DNA of 64,000 nucleotides from Escherichia coli (GTDB lineage Bacteria; Pseudomonadota; Gammaproteobacteria; Enterobacterales; Enterobacteriaceae): NCBI RefSeq assembly GCF_016903815.1, contig NZ_CP069973.1; one strand, 5' to 3'. Shown piece by piece: positions 54,253 to 64,000 of this stretch (position 1 is its first letter; each line of letters starts with the position of its first letter). The notes under the pieces were generated by a model. It saw only the letters and a program-made list of their open reading frames with translations, ran no database searches and was not told where the DNA came from. The position numbers and the translations under genes were made by a program.

Positions 54253-54477
54253 TTACACCTCTTTGACGCTCTCCTGCTGCAGGATTTTGAGCATCTCATC
54301 TTTTAACTGTAACTTTTGTTTTTTCATGCGGACCACTTCCGCATTATACCCTCGACCGTCGGAACCTTCCTTTCTGGCAATTTCATGATCAAGTTTATTG
54401 TGTTTATCGAACAAGGACATAAAGCGAGGATTTTCGTTTTTCAGACGGGATATTAAATCTCGATATTCTGGAAACAT
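54253..54477 (-). CDS. ydcH: Small protein YdcH
   Basis: 74 aa from MFPEYRDLISRLKNENPRF. Confidence 0.7.
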   Translation of the reverse strand: MFPEYRDLISRLKNENPRFMSLFDKHNKLDHEIARKEGSDGRGYNAEVVRMKKQKLQLKDEMLKILQQESVKEV

Positions 54478-54616
54478 ACGCACTCCCTGTTAGTGGCTGA
54501 CAAGGTGTATCTGAAATACACACCATCAGATTACTCATTTAACTTAGGGAAAAATGCGAGCGGGATCGTGTTTAACCAGACGGCACCTCCCGAAGAAGGT
54601 GCCGAAGAAAAAACAA

Positions 54617-56272
54617 TTAACTCATCACGCGGTCGTCAACATACTGACGTTTATCCGGCGCTGGCGGGAAATACTGATAGAGCCATGTTTCACTGATAGC
54701 GTCGCCCTGACAACGCAGATACATCCGCATATCGACCGGATCAGTGGAGTCCGAAGTCGGATACCAGTCAAACTGAATACGATAACCATCAATGGGTTCA
54801 ATATAGAGAATTTCGATTTGCTTCGCTTCCCCACTGGAAAGCGTAATCACCGGCTCAATGCCTTTTGGTGCGGCAGCTTTCAGATCACCATCAACGAAAT
54901 CGACGGCAAAACGACGCGCCCATTTTTCGGGATAGTGTTCACCTGGCGCCCAACCTTCCGGGAAACCACCCATGCCGGTACGCGTCGCCATAACGCGCGC
55001 TAATGGGCAATGAACAGGCGGTTGCGCACTCCAGTACAGACGATACTGGAATGCAAACTCATCACCCGCTTTTACAGCTTTTTCTGGCTGCCAGAAGCAG
55101 ACAATGTTATCCAGCGTTTCGCCCGTTGTTGGGATTTCCATCAGGCCGATGGTGCCCTTACCCCACTTGTTACGCGGTTCCACCCACAGACTTGGGCGTT
55201 TGTTATACCAGCCCATAATGTCCTGATAATGAGAGAAATCACGATCCAGTTGCAATAGACCAAACCCTTTCGGGTTGTTGTCGGTGTAAGCATTGAACTG
55301 CAATTTTTGCGGATTATTCAGCGGACGGCAAATCCACTCGCCATTGCCCCGCCACATGGACAGACGATCTGAGTCATGGATTTGCGGATGAATGGTGTCG
55401 CACATCCGACGTTCATTAGTACCGCAGCTGAACATGCTGGTCATCGGCGCAATGCCCAGCTGTTTAATGTCTTTGCGCGCATACAGGTGATTTTCCACAT
55501 CCATAATCACCTGACTTTTCTCACAATGGATAGTGAACTTATAGGCACCAGTAATGCTGGCGCTATCGAGCAACGCATAAACGGTAAAGGTGGTTGCCCC
55601 CGGTTTTACCGTATCAAACCAGAAGGCAGTAAAGTCGGGGAACTCTTCTTTACTGTCGGTGTAAGTGTCGATCGCCAGGCCGCGAGCCGATAGACCGTAT
55701 TGATATGTATCATCAACCGCGCGGAAATAACTCGCGCCGAGGAATGATACGACATCACGGCGCGCCAGTTCGGGGGCTTTAAACACGCGAAAACCGGCAA
55801 AACCGAGATCGCTTTGCCCTTCTAATTGTTTGGTATCAACACCCGCATCGTTGTATTTGAACAACTCCGGGCGAAAGTGAATTTCACGCGCCAGATGTGT
55901 TGCGGGATCAACAGAAAACATACGAACGCGGCGACGGAATCCCATTCCCATATGGAAGAACTGAGCGTCCAGTTGACGGTTCTCAACGTTATGCCAGAGC
56001 GATTTTTCGGCGTCGTATTGAATACTGTTATAAGCCTGCGGCGTCATTGTCGCCAGCGTGTCAGGTAACGGACGAGGCGCACCACGCCACGCTGTTTGCG
56101 CTAAGTCGTGCGCCATTGACTGTAGAATGGAGAAGTCAAAACGTTGGGTTTGCCCGTCGGCAATATCAGAATCTGCCGCGAATGCCGCCTGAGAAAAAAG
56201 AGAAGCAATGCCGCTGGTACCGCACACGGCGGCCATAGCCATTGAACCTTTAATAAATCGTCTACGATCCAT
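54617..56272 (-). CDS. opgD: Osmoregulated periplasmic glucan biosynthesis protein D (Tat-exported)
   Basis: 551 aa; twin-arginine signal [16 protein letters not shown]... Confidence 0.9.
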   Translation of the reverse strand: MDRRRFIKGSMAMAAVCGTSGIASLFSQAAFAADSDIADGQTQRFDFSILQSMAHDLAQTAWRGAPRPLPDTLATMTPQAYNSIQYDAEKSLWHNVENRQLDAQFFHMGMGFRRRVRMFSVDPATHLAREIHFRPELFKYNDAGVDTKQLEGQSDLGFAGFRVFKAPELARRDVVSFLGASYFRAVDDTYQYGLSARGLAIDTYTDSKEEFPDFTAFWFDTVKPGATTFTVYALLDSASITGAYKFTIHCEKSQVIMDVENHLYARKDIKQLGIAPMTSMFSCGTNERRMCDTIHPQIHDSDRLSMWRGNGEWICRPLNNPQKLQFNAYTDNNPKGFGLLQLDRDFSHYQDIMGWYNKRPSLWVEPRNKWGKGTIGLMEIPTTGETLDNIVCFWQPEKAVKAGDEFAFQYRLYWSAQPPVHCPLARVMATRTGMGGFPEGWAPGEHYPEKWARRFAVDFVDGDLKAAAPKGIEPVITLSSGEAKQIEILYIEPIDGYRIQFDWYPTSDSTDPVDMRMYLRCQGDAISETWLYQYFPPAPDKRQYVDDRVMS

Positions 56273-56496
56273 ACCTGAAAGTGAGTCCTTCTGGTGTTGT
56301 GAATGGTCCCGCGCTGGTCGTTTTCAGCGGCAAGAAAGTGCTTATTTATGACCGCTCACTCTAGACAATATTTATTAATAATCCAATTGTTGAACTGAGA
56401 GAATATGCATAAATCGGCAATTTTTTTATGTCGATGGGATGAGCCTGATTCGTTTGTAAAATCAGGCAAATTTTTGCAAAGGCGGATGGTCAGAAT

Positions 56497-57840
56497 TTAA
56501 AGCAAACCACAGCGACGTTTACTGCGTTCTTCCGCTTCCTGATAAAGCTGGAACTCATCCAAAACCGGGCAGCCCAACGCCTGCTCAAATGCTTCGCGAC
56601 TGGCATTACCGTGACTGCGTGCCTGCGTTTCATTACCCAGATTTGACTGGAAGATCCCCGCCGCGCTAACAGGCAAGAAATCTTCATAGGTAATGGGTTG
56701 CGCCACTACCCAACCACGTTCAATTAAGGGCTGTGGATCGTCTCCGGAATGAATCGCCTGACGATGCGCCTCACCTGAAGGCGTCAGACGGTACCGGAAC
56801 CATGCCAACCCTTGCTGACGCATTAAAAACTCACTGTCAGGAAAAGTGCGGAAGGTTTCCTGTAAATGCATTTGGTGAGTGAGATTATCCTGCCCGGTTC
56901 CAGCGTTACGCAGAAGATCATCATACAGTTGTCGCCCTTTCGGCGTTAATGCCACACCACGCTGCTCTATTTCACCAAAGCGCGCGGTATGCGTACCCTG
57001 TTTCTGCCCTGCAAACAACACCGTCTCTTCCAGTGCTTTAAAGCTGGTCTGGCGTAGTAAAATCGGTACCTCGCGGCGCGGCGGCCCTTCGATCAGAATT
57101 TTGGGTTCAATCCCGCATTCAGGCATCATCGACTGCACCCGGTCAATATCCAGCGTACGTGGCGTCAGGTGGTTGATATGGCATCCAGGAAAACAGACCA
57201 CATCAGCAATCAACCGATGTTCGTTGTGCAAGGCGCGATAGGTTTCTTCATCTACCGTTGCTGACTGGTGCCAACGAAACGTTTCCAGGGCTTCCTGCAC
57301 AAACTCCTGTGCCTGTGTTTCGTTAAAACCGCCCCGCTGCTCATATTCCTCTAACAGTTGTCGACAACGTGGGGTGAAGATATCGCGCTGACGCAGAATC
57401 TCCTCCGCTTTCTGGCGCAAAATTTCGTTCTCGATAAGCTCAAGGCGGAGTAATGAAGTAAAAACGCGGAAGGGATTACGCGCCAGAGAAGCATCATCAA
57501 TGGGCCGAAATGCTGTGGAATGTACCGGCACTCCCGCCTGCGAGAGATCGTAATAGCTCACCGGGTACATCCCCATAATGGCAAACATCCGCCGAAGAGT
57601 AGCAAGCTCTTGTGCAGTCCCAACGCGAATTGCCCCATGACGTTCAACATTCAGTCGCGCCAGCTCGTCTGCATTTACCATTTTTTCGTGCAGTTGAGGA
57701 TTGTTTTCCAGCACAGCCAGATTCACATCAGCTACCAGTTCCAGCAGCGTGCCGTACTGCGGAACTTCTTGCTGGTACATGGCTGACATTGCCTGCGAAA
57801 ACTGTTCCCGAATCTCATCCGCCGTGATGCTGTTCGCCAT
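56497..57840 (-). CDS. ydcJ: Uncharacterised protein YdcJ
   Basis: 447 aa; synteny. Confidence 0.85.
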   Translation of the reverse strand: MANSITADEIREQFSQAMSAMYQQEVPQYGTLLELVADVNLAVLENNPQLHEKMVNADELARLNVERHGAIRVGTAQELATLRRMFAIMGMYPVSYYDLSQAGVPVHSTAFRPIDDASLARNPFRVFTSLLRLELIENEILRQKAEEILRQRDIFTPRCRQLLEEYEQRGGFNETQAQEFVQEALETFRWHQSATVDEETYRALHNEHRLIADVVCFPGCHINHLTPRTLDIDRVQSMMPECGIEPKILIEGPPRREVPILLRQTSFKALEETVLFAGQKQGTHTARFGEIEQRGVALTPKGRQLYDDLLRNAGTGQDNLTHQMHLQETFRTFPDSEFLMRQQGLAWFRYRLTPSGEAHRQAIHSGDDPQPLIERGWVVAQPITYEDFLPVSAAGIFQSNLGNETQARSHGNASREAFEQALGCPVLDEFQLYQEAEERSKRRCGLL

Positions 57841-58056
57841 AGTGTCTGCCTCCAGTGGTCAGTAATCTGGAGTGTAGGTAACCGCATTCACTCCGGCGGG
57901 AAGAATTTACAAACTGTGATCTCGCCGCGAAAACATCAATATTATCCATTTTGCTGTAACATAATTGCTTTAATTGTTAATAATATTTTGCAATCAAGTT
58001 ATCATAATCAAACAACTTCACTTGTCAGCGACACCGCTTCGTTTTTAACATCGCTT

Positions 58057-58980
58057 ATGGAAAAAAATAGTCTGTTTAGTCAGCGCATCCGTTTGCGCCA
58101 CCTTCATACATTCGTAGCTGTCGCACAACAAGGAACTTTGGGGCGCGCGGCTGAAACCCTTAATTTGAGTCAACCTGCGCTCTCTAAAACACTGAATGAA
58201 CTGGAGCAACTGACGGGCGCTCGCTTGTTTGAGCGTGGTCGTCAGGGGGCGCAACTTACCTTACCCGGCGAACAATTTTTAACGCATGCAGTCAGAGTTC
58301 TTGACGCCATCAACACTGCCGGACAGTCGCTTCATCGTAAAGAAGGTCTTAATAATGATGTCGTCAGGGTTGGTGCACTACCTACTGCGGCACTGGGGAT
58401 ATTACCTTCGGTTATAGGTCAGTTTCATCAGCAACAAAAAGAGACGACCTTGCAAGTTGCGACAATGAGTAACCCTATGATTCTTGCGGGTTTAAAAACC
58501 GGGGAAATCGATATCGGCATTGGTCGGATGTCAGATCCTGAACTGATGACCGGACTTAATTACGAACTGCTGTTTCTTGAATCGCTGAAGCTGGTCGTCC
58601 GCCCTAATCACCCGCTACTTCAGGAGAACGTAACGCTAAGCCGGGTGCTGGAATGGCCGGTCGTTGTATCACCAGAAGGCACTGCGCCACGCCAGCATTC
58701 AGATGCATTAGTGCAGAGCCAGGGCTGTAAAATTCCTTCGGGTTGTATCGAAACGCTGTCTGCTTCGCTATCTCGTCAACTTACGGTTGAATACGACTAC
58801 GTGTGGTTTGTCCCTTCTGGCGCTGTAAAAGACGACCTGCGTCATGCCACGCTGGTGGCCCTGCCTGTTCCAGGGCATGGTGCAGGCGAACCGATTGGAA
58901 TACTGACCCGCGTAGATGCGACGTTCTCTTCTGGTTGCCAGTTGATGATTAACGCTATTCGAAAATCAATGCCGTTCTGA
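58057..58980 (+). CDS. ydcI: LysR-type transcriptional regulator
   Basis: 307 aa from MEKNSLFSQRIRLRHLHTFVAVAQQGTLGRAAETLNLSQPALSKTL (HTH), internal Met of the track ORF. Confidence 0.85.
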   Translation: MEKNSLFSQRIRLRHLHTFVAVAQQGTLGRAAETLNLSQPALSKTLNELEQLTGARLFERGRQGAQLTLPGEQFLTHAVRVLDAINTAGQSLHRKEGLNNDVVRVGALPTAALGILPSVIGQFHQQQKETTLQVATMSNPMILAGLKTGEIDIGIGRMSDPELMTGLNYELLFLESLKLVVRPNHPLLQENVTLSRVLEWPVVVSPEGTAPRQHSDALVQSQGCKIPSGCIETLSASLSRQLTVEYDYVWFVPSGAVKDDLRHATLVALPVPGHGAGEPIGILTRVDATFSSGCQLMINAIRKSMPF

Positions 58981-58983
58981 AAG

Positions 58984-59008
58984 GTGAAGGGATCTGTCGA
59001 TCCCTCCT
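58984..59008. terminator. Hairpin between convergent ydcI and trg
   Basis: gaagggatc-tgtc-gatccctcc. Confidence 0.5.
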
Positions 59009-59017
59009 TGAACATTT

Positions 59018-60658
59018 TCACACTGTAGCGAAACTAACTGGTTCACCCGCTCCGCGAGGTTCTGCCGACACAGAATGTTTGTTCAGACGGAATACGTCCA
59101 CCGCCTCAGTTAATCGTGCAGCCTGTTCTTCAAGGGACACCGCCGCCGCTGAGGCCTCTTCTACCAGAGAAGCATTCTGTTGCGTCACCTTATCCATTTC
59201 AGAAATCGCCTGGCTAACCTGAGTTATGCCTCTACTTTGTTCATCCGAGGCGGCGGCGATTTCCTGCATGATATGTGTGACACTCGCGACGGCATCAACA
59301 ATAGTGCTCATGGTTTTCCCTGCCATTGCCACCTCATCCGACCCCAGGTCAATTAACCTGACAGATTCACTGATCAAGCCTTCAATCTCTTTCGCCGCCT
59401 GGGCGCTGCGGCTTGCGAGTGTCCGTACTTCGCTGGCGACAACGGCAAATCCACGTCCTTGCTCACCCGCTCGCGCGGCTTCAACGGCAGCATTCAGTGC
59501 CAGAATATTCGTCTGGAAAGCAATACTGTTGATGACGGAAGTGATCTCGGAAATTTTCTTCGAACTCGTGGAGATAGCGCCCATCGTTTTTACTACACCG
59601 GAAACCGTCTGCCCGCCATCGCTGGCTTTAATAGAAGCCTCCTGCGCCAGTTTGCTGGCATGATGCGCGTTATCCGCATTCTGTTTCACCGTCGCAGTGA
59701 GTTGCTCCATGCTGGCGGCAGTTTGTTCAATTGCCGCCGCTTGTTCTTCAGTGCGAGATGAAAGGTCCGCATTGCCAGCGGAAATTTCGCTGGTGCCACG
59801 ATAAATCTCTTCCGCGCCCTGTCGAACGGTCCCTACTGTCATCCCCAGTGAATGCTGCATTTGCTGTAAATGACGACTTAAGCGACCGATTTCATTACGA
59901 CCCGCCGGTTCATCATTCATCGTCAGATCGCCACTGGCGATTTTTTCAATTCGTTGTGCGGCATGTTGCAGTGGACGAATGACGATCCGACGTAGCACTA
60001 TAAATGTTATCAGCGTCATGACCAGGGCAAGCACAAACGCGCCAATCATGAACATCCCACCCAGGCGGGTGCGCTGATGGGCCAGTTCCGCCAGTTGGTT
60101 GGCTCTGGTGCTACGTATCTTAATGGCTTTGCTCAAAATATCGGTATAAGCATTATCCAGCGGTCGGATCTGCTCACTTTCATGATTGATAATCGCTTCA
60201 AACATGCCATTTTTGGCATATTTCAACATCGGTTGCATACCCGTGATATAAGCCTGGAAGCGTTGATTTAATTCAGTGTCAAGGGCTTCATCAGCAGGTG
60301 TTTTCACCGACCGATTCTGATAAGCACGATAACCTTGCTGCGACTGTTTAATCTCCGATTCGGCTTGCGCAATATTTCGCTTCATTGCTTCCATTTCAGC
60401 AATACGACTCGCAGCACCAGCCTGAATCATATTGATCCGGGCTGAACGCAAAAAATCTGAACTGTTCGCTAACCCGGTCCGAATCTCAATCTCCGCAGTA
60501 ACATCACGCTGATCGCGATCGGCCTGCCAGAGGAAATAGCCAGCCAGAGCTGAACTTAATGCGAATAGAACTAAGATACCGCCAAGAATGCAGGCAAATA
60601 ACGGAACCAGCCTGATGTGATGCAAAAAACCTAATCGCTGTGAGGGAGTTGTATTCAT
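59018..60658 (-). CDS. trg: Methyl-accepting chemotaxis protein III (ribose/galactose sensor)
   Basis: 546 aa; MCP signalling domain; C-terminus ...PVSFATV. Confidence 0.9.
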   Translation of the reverse strand: MNTTPSQRLGFLHHIRLVPLFACILGGILVLFALSSALAGYFLWQADRDQRDVTAEIEIRTGLANSSDFLRSARINMIQAGAASRIAEMEAMKRNIAQAESEIKQSQQGYRAYQNRSVKTPADEALDTELNQRFQAYITGMQPMLKYAKNGMFEAIINHESEQIRPLDNAYTDILSKAIKIRSTRANQLAELAHQRTRLGGMFMIGAFVLALVMTLITFIVLRRIVIRPLQHAAQRIEKIASGDLTMNDEPAGRNEIGRLSRHLQQMQHSLGMTVGTVRQGAEEIYRGTSEISAGNADLSSRTEEQAAAIEQTAASMEQLTATVKQNADNAHHASKLAQEASIKASDGGQTVSGVVKTMGAISTSSKKISEITSVINSIAFQTNILALNAAVEAARAGEQGRGFAVVASEVRTLASRSAQAAKEIEGLISESVRLIDLGSDEVAMAGKTMSTIVDAVASVTHIMQEIAAASDEQSRGITQVSQAISEMDKVTQQNASLVEEASAAAVSLEEQAARLTEAVDVFRLNKHSVSAEPRGAGEPVSFATV

Positions 60659-60939
60659 TACCGTTGTCTCTCGTCCAGGTTTACTCCTGATAGAAAGTCA
60701 TCGGCACTTGACGATAATTACTTATGACCAAAAACCTCTTTGCGTCACATTTTTACAACAATTATTGCAGAGAAAATTAATGCTATTGGAATGAAGAGAG
60801 TAACGAATGGCTAAACTGGCTAACCCGAATGACGAAAAATTCTGGAAAACAGCACGCAATTTCGTCAGGTGATTATTTTCGTCCCTAAGGAAACCACATA
60901 GGATGCTCACGGGTGCCTGAGACTTTCTGTTTTCAGGCT

Positions 60940-60998
60940 AACCGGGAATCAGAAAGACGAAGGCCCCGACCGATATTTCTATCAACCGAGGCCAACGA

Positions 60999-61010
<12 letters not shown>
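60940..61010 (-). ncRNA. sokB: Probable SokB antisense RNA (coordinates approximate)
   Basis: Inferred from the hok/sok architecture: antisense to the mokB leader and start region; not read directly from a recognisable sequence. Confidence 0.35.
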
Positions 61011-61206
<196 letters not shown>

Positions 61207-61277
61207 GGGCAAGCGCGGGGATTTTCCCCGCGCATCTGACTAGCAGATTCATTTTCTCATGGCACCCCTTTTACACT

Positions 61278-61451
61278 TCAGTTAGTGCATGTTTTTTTCG
61301 ATGCACTAATAGAACCATCATTACAGACAAATTTGCCGCCTGCCGTACAGTGTGAGATCCCCCCTTTCGAACCAGAACAGGGTTTGCGCCCGGCATCGGC
61401 ATAAAAGGAAACAAGCGCTCCTATAACCAAGATGAGTGCCAATTTTTTCAT
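61278..61451 (-). CDS. ydcA: Small secreted Cys-rich protein YdcA
   Basis: Hand translation: MKKLALILVIGALVSFYADAGRKPCSGSKGGISHCTAGGKFVCNDGSISASKKTCTN*; GGAGG RBS. Confidence 0.8.
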   Translation of the reverse strand: MKKLALILVIGALVSFYADAGRKPCSGSKGGISHCTAGGKFVCNDGSISASKKTCTN

Positions 61452-61621
61452 ATAACCTCCATGGTTTATCGAATCTTATGTTCGATTTGAACGTTATACG
61501 CTGGTTTATTTTGATACCGTTGATGAGATCAAAGATCGGGTGAATTGATTAAAGATAAGCCAGATGGACGTATGGATAAGGATTATGGTTTTATTTGTCA
61601 TACAAATAAATATAATAGGCG

Positions 61622-61685
61622 CTTCCGATGTAGACCCGTATTCTTCGCCTGTACCACGGGTCGGTTTTAGTACAGGCGTTTTCTT
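61622..61685 (+). ncRNA. rydC: Hfq-dependent sRNA RydC
   Basis: CTTCCGATGTAGACCCGTATTCTTCGCCTGTACCACGGGTCGGTTTTAGTACAGGCGTTTTCTT recognised from memory; TATAAT −10 at 61611..61616; located between ydcA and cybB. Confidence 0.8.
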
Positions 61686-61695
61686 TAAATATCCT

Positions 61696-62226
61696 TCAGG
61701 AACGTTTACGCGGCATCATGCGTAGAAGTGTGTTGTCCTTCCAGAAATAGTGGTGTGCCAGTGCAGCCGCAGCGTGCAACCCGATGACAAAATATCCCAG
61801 ATTCGCCAGCATTTCATGCCACGACTTTAAGCTATCAACCCGTTCGAAATTGGCCTCTGATGCATAAGGCATCGTCAAACCAAACGCAAACCACGGGTTG
61901 CCTCGGTTATACATCATCACCAAACCAATCACTGGCAGCGCAATAAACAGGAGATAAATCACCAAATGTCCCAAATGCGCCAGTCCCGTCATCATCGGTT
62001 TTGGCTTAGGTATAATCGGCGGGGTTGGGTATTTCAGCCTTAACAAAAGACGAACGACCATCAGCACGAGAATTGATATGCCACAGGAAACATGAATCAT
62101 GTTGATGAGTGGCCGATCGCTACGTGGGAAGAAACCCCGAAACTCCATTGCGCAATACGCTGCAATAACCAGCAAAAAGACCAGCCAGTGAATGCTGATT
62201 TGTAACCTTGAGTATTTATTTCCCAT
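61696..62226 (-). CDS. cybB: Cytochrome b561
   Basis: 176 aa from MGNKYSRLQISIHWLVFLLVI, internal Met of the track ORF. Confidence 0.88.
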   Translation of the reverse strand: MGNKYSRLQISIHWLVFLLVIAAYCAMEFRGFFPRSDRPLINMIHVSCGISILVLMVVRLLLRLKYPTPPIIPKPKPMMTGLAHLGHLVIYLLFIALPVIGLVMMYNRGNPWFAFGLTMPYASEANFERVDSLKSWHEMLANLGYFVIGLHAAAALAHHYFWKDNTLLRMMPRKRS

Positions 62227-62414
62227 AACATTTCCTGCTTTAACATAATTTGCCGTTAACATAACGAGCTTTTCTTAAAATTTCATTAAATATTGTTCAC
62301 CCGTTTTCAGTACGTTACGTTTCACGGCAAGAATGTAGATTGCCCATCCCGCCATCGTGGTCTAAGCCTGGAAAGGATCAATTTTCATCCGAACGTTCCT
62401 GACAGGAGAAGACC

Positions 62415-63416
62415 ATGAGTAAAGTTGGTATTAATGGTTTTGGTCGTATCGGTCGACTGGTGTTGCGTCGATTACTTGAAGTCAAAAGCAACATAGACAT
62501 TGTTGCTATTAATGATCTCACTTCCCCAAAAATTCTCGCCTACCTGTTGAAACATGATTCAAACTACGGACCGTTCCCCTGGAGCGTTGATTTTACGGAA
62601 GATTCACTTATCGTTGATGGAAAAAGTATCGCGGTTTACGCCGAAAAAGAGGCTAAAAATATTCCGTGGAAAGCGAAAGGCGCAGAAATCATTGTCGAAT
62701 GTACTGGCTTTTATACCTCCGCCGAGAAATCGCAGGCGCATCTTGATGCTGGTGCGAAGAAGGTGTTGATTTCCGCCCCTGCCGGTGAAATGAAAACCAT
62801 CGTTTATAACGTCAATGACGACACACTGGATGGCAACGACACCATTGTTTCCGTGGCGTCATGCACCACTAATTGTCTTGCACCGATGGCCAAAGCCTTG
62901 CACGACAGTTTCGGAATAGAAGTCGGCACGATGACGACCATTCATGCCTATACCGGCACTCAGTCACTGGTGGATGGCCCGCGTGGTAAAGATCTACGCG
63001 CTTCACGTGCAGCGGCAGAAAATATCATTCCCCACACTACGGGGGCGGCAAAAGCCATTGGTCTGGTGATCCCAGAACTGAGCGGCAAACTGAAAGGTCA
63101 TGCACAACGCGTACCCGTGAAAACCGGTTCGGTGACTGAACTGGTGTCTATTCTTGGAAAAAAAGTGACTGCCGAAGAGGTGAACAACGCGCTTAAAAAC
63201 GCGACAAACAATAACGAGTCATTTGGTTATACCGATGAAGAAATAGTCTCTTCCGATATCATTGGCAGCCATTTCGGTTCGGTGTTTGATGCCACGCAAA
63301 CCGAAATTACCGCCGTGGGCGATTTACAACTGGTGAAAACGGTCGCCTGGTACGATAACGAATATGGCTTCGTCACGCAGCTTATTCGCACCCTCGAAAA
63401 ATTCGCTAAACTCTGA
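62415..63416 (+). CDS. gapC: Glyceraldehyde-3-phosphate dehydrogenase C (intact)
   Basis: 333 aa; NAD motif INGFGRIGR; catalytic SCTTNCLAP; uninterrupted reading frame. Confidence 0.9.
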   Translation: MSKVGINGFGRIGRLVLRRLLEVKSNIDIVAINDLTSPKILAYLLKHDSNYGPFPWSVDFTEDSLIVDGKSIAVYAEKEAKNIPWKAKGAEIIVECTGFYTSAEKSQAHLDAGAKKVLISAPAGEMKTIVYNVNDDTLDGNDTIVSVASCTTNCLAPMAKALHDSFGIEVGTMTTIHAYTGTQSLVDGPRGKDLRASRAAAENIIPHTTGAAKAIGLVIPELSGKLKGHAQRVPVKTGSVTELVSILGKKVTAEEVNNALKNATNNNESFGYTDEEIVSSDIIGSHFGSVFDATQTEITAVGDLQLVKTVAWYDNEYGFVTQLIRTLEKFAKL

Positions 63417-63425
63417 CGCGCACAG

Positions 63426-63452
63426 GCGGAGGAAAAAACCTCCGCCTCTTTC
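63426..63452. terminator. Hairpin between convergent gapC and aldA
   Basis: aggcggagg-aaaaaa-cctccgcct. Confidence 0.55.
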
Positions 63453-63457
63453 ACTCA

Positions 63458-64000
63458 TTAAGACTGTAAATAAACCACCTGGGTCTGCAGATATTCATGC
63501 AGGCCATGTTTACCATCTGCGCCGCCAATACCGGATTTACGCCATCCGGCGTGGAAGCCTTGCATAGCTTCGAAGTTTTCACGGTTGATGTAAGTTTCAC
63601 CAAACTTCAGCCCTTTAATGGCTTTCATCGCGACGTTCAGATTTTGGGTATAGATTGATGAGGTCAGGCCGTAATCACTGTCATTCGCCATTGCGATAGC
63701 ATCTTCCAGCGTGTCAAATGCGACCACCGGCAGAACCGGGCCAAAGGTTTCCTCATGCATAATCGACATTTCCTGGCGAACATCCAGCAGCAATGTCGGC
63801 GGATAATAATATCCTTTCCCCTCTACCGCTTTGCCACCCAACGCCACTCTCGCCCCTTCTTCTACTGCGCGCGCCACTTTTTGCTCGACCCTTTCCAGCG
63901 CCGCGGCGTTAATCAACGGCCCCATCGCAATGTCGTTGCGTTCTGCGGGGTTACCAAATTGAACCGCCTGCAACGCTTCACCCAGCCGATTGACGAACTG
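63458..64000 (-). CDS. aldA: Lactaldehyde dehydrogenase, 3' portion (gene continues beyond the window)
   Basis: C-terminal aldehyde dehydrogenase sequence ...HEYLQTQVVYLQS; reading frame open to the window edge. Confidence 0.85.
   Translation of the reverse strand, partial: QFVNRLGEALQAVQFGNPAERNDIAMGPLINAAALERVEQKVARAVEEGARVALGGKAVEGKGYYYPPTLLLDVRQEMSIMHEETFGPVLPVVAFDTLEDAIAMANDSDYGLTSSIYTQNLNVAMKAIKGLKFGETYINRENFEAMQGFHAGWRKSGIGGADGKHGLHEYLQTQVVYLQS

Overview
This window is an Escherichia coli-type chromosomal segment, collinear (in reversed orientation) with the K-12 yddG–narUZYWV–nhoA–pptA … ansP–yncD–patD–hicAB–tehAB–opgD–trg–hokB–cybB–gapC–aldA region. Gene names are assigned from my recognition of the translated ORFs and from synteny, not from any database search. 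Most of the window is conserved core genome. The part that stands out is an accessory block at about 15.1–27.3 kb: a secreted alkyl-sulfatase and a membrane GGDEF cyclase in AT-rich DNA, a truncated H-repeat (ISAs1-type) transposase, and an apparently intact VgrG → PAAR-Rhs → ~148-aa C-terminal toxin → lipoprotein immunity cassette, plus a vestigial rhs core-end fragment. The Rhs toxin tip and its immunity partner are the best candidate for an uncharacterised system here; I cannot place the toxin domain in a known family by eye. Other features include an IS200 copy, a porin gene inactivated by a single ochre codon, a frameshifted LRR gene, an intact gapC, the sRNA RydC, the hokB/mokB locus, hicAB and ortT. 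No CRISPR array, tRNA or rRNA was seen.
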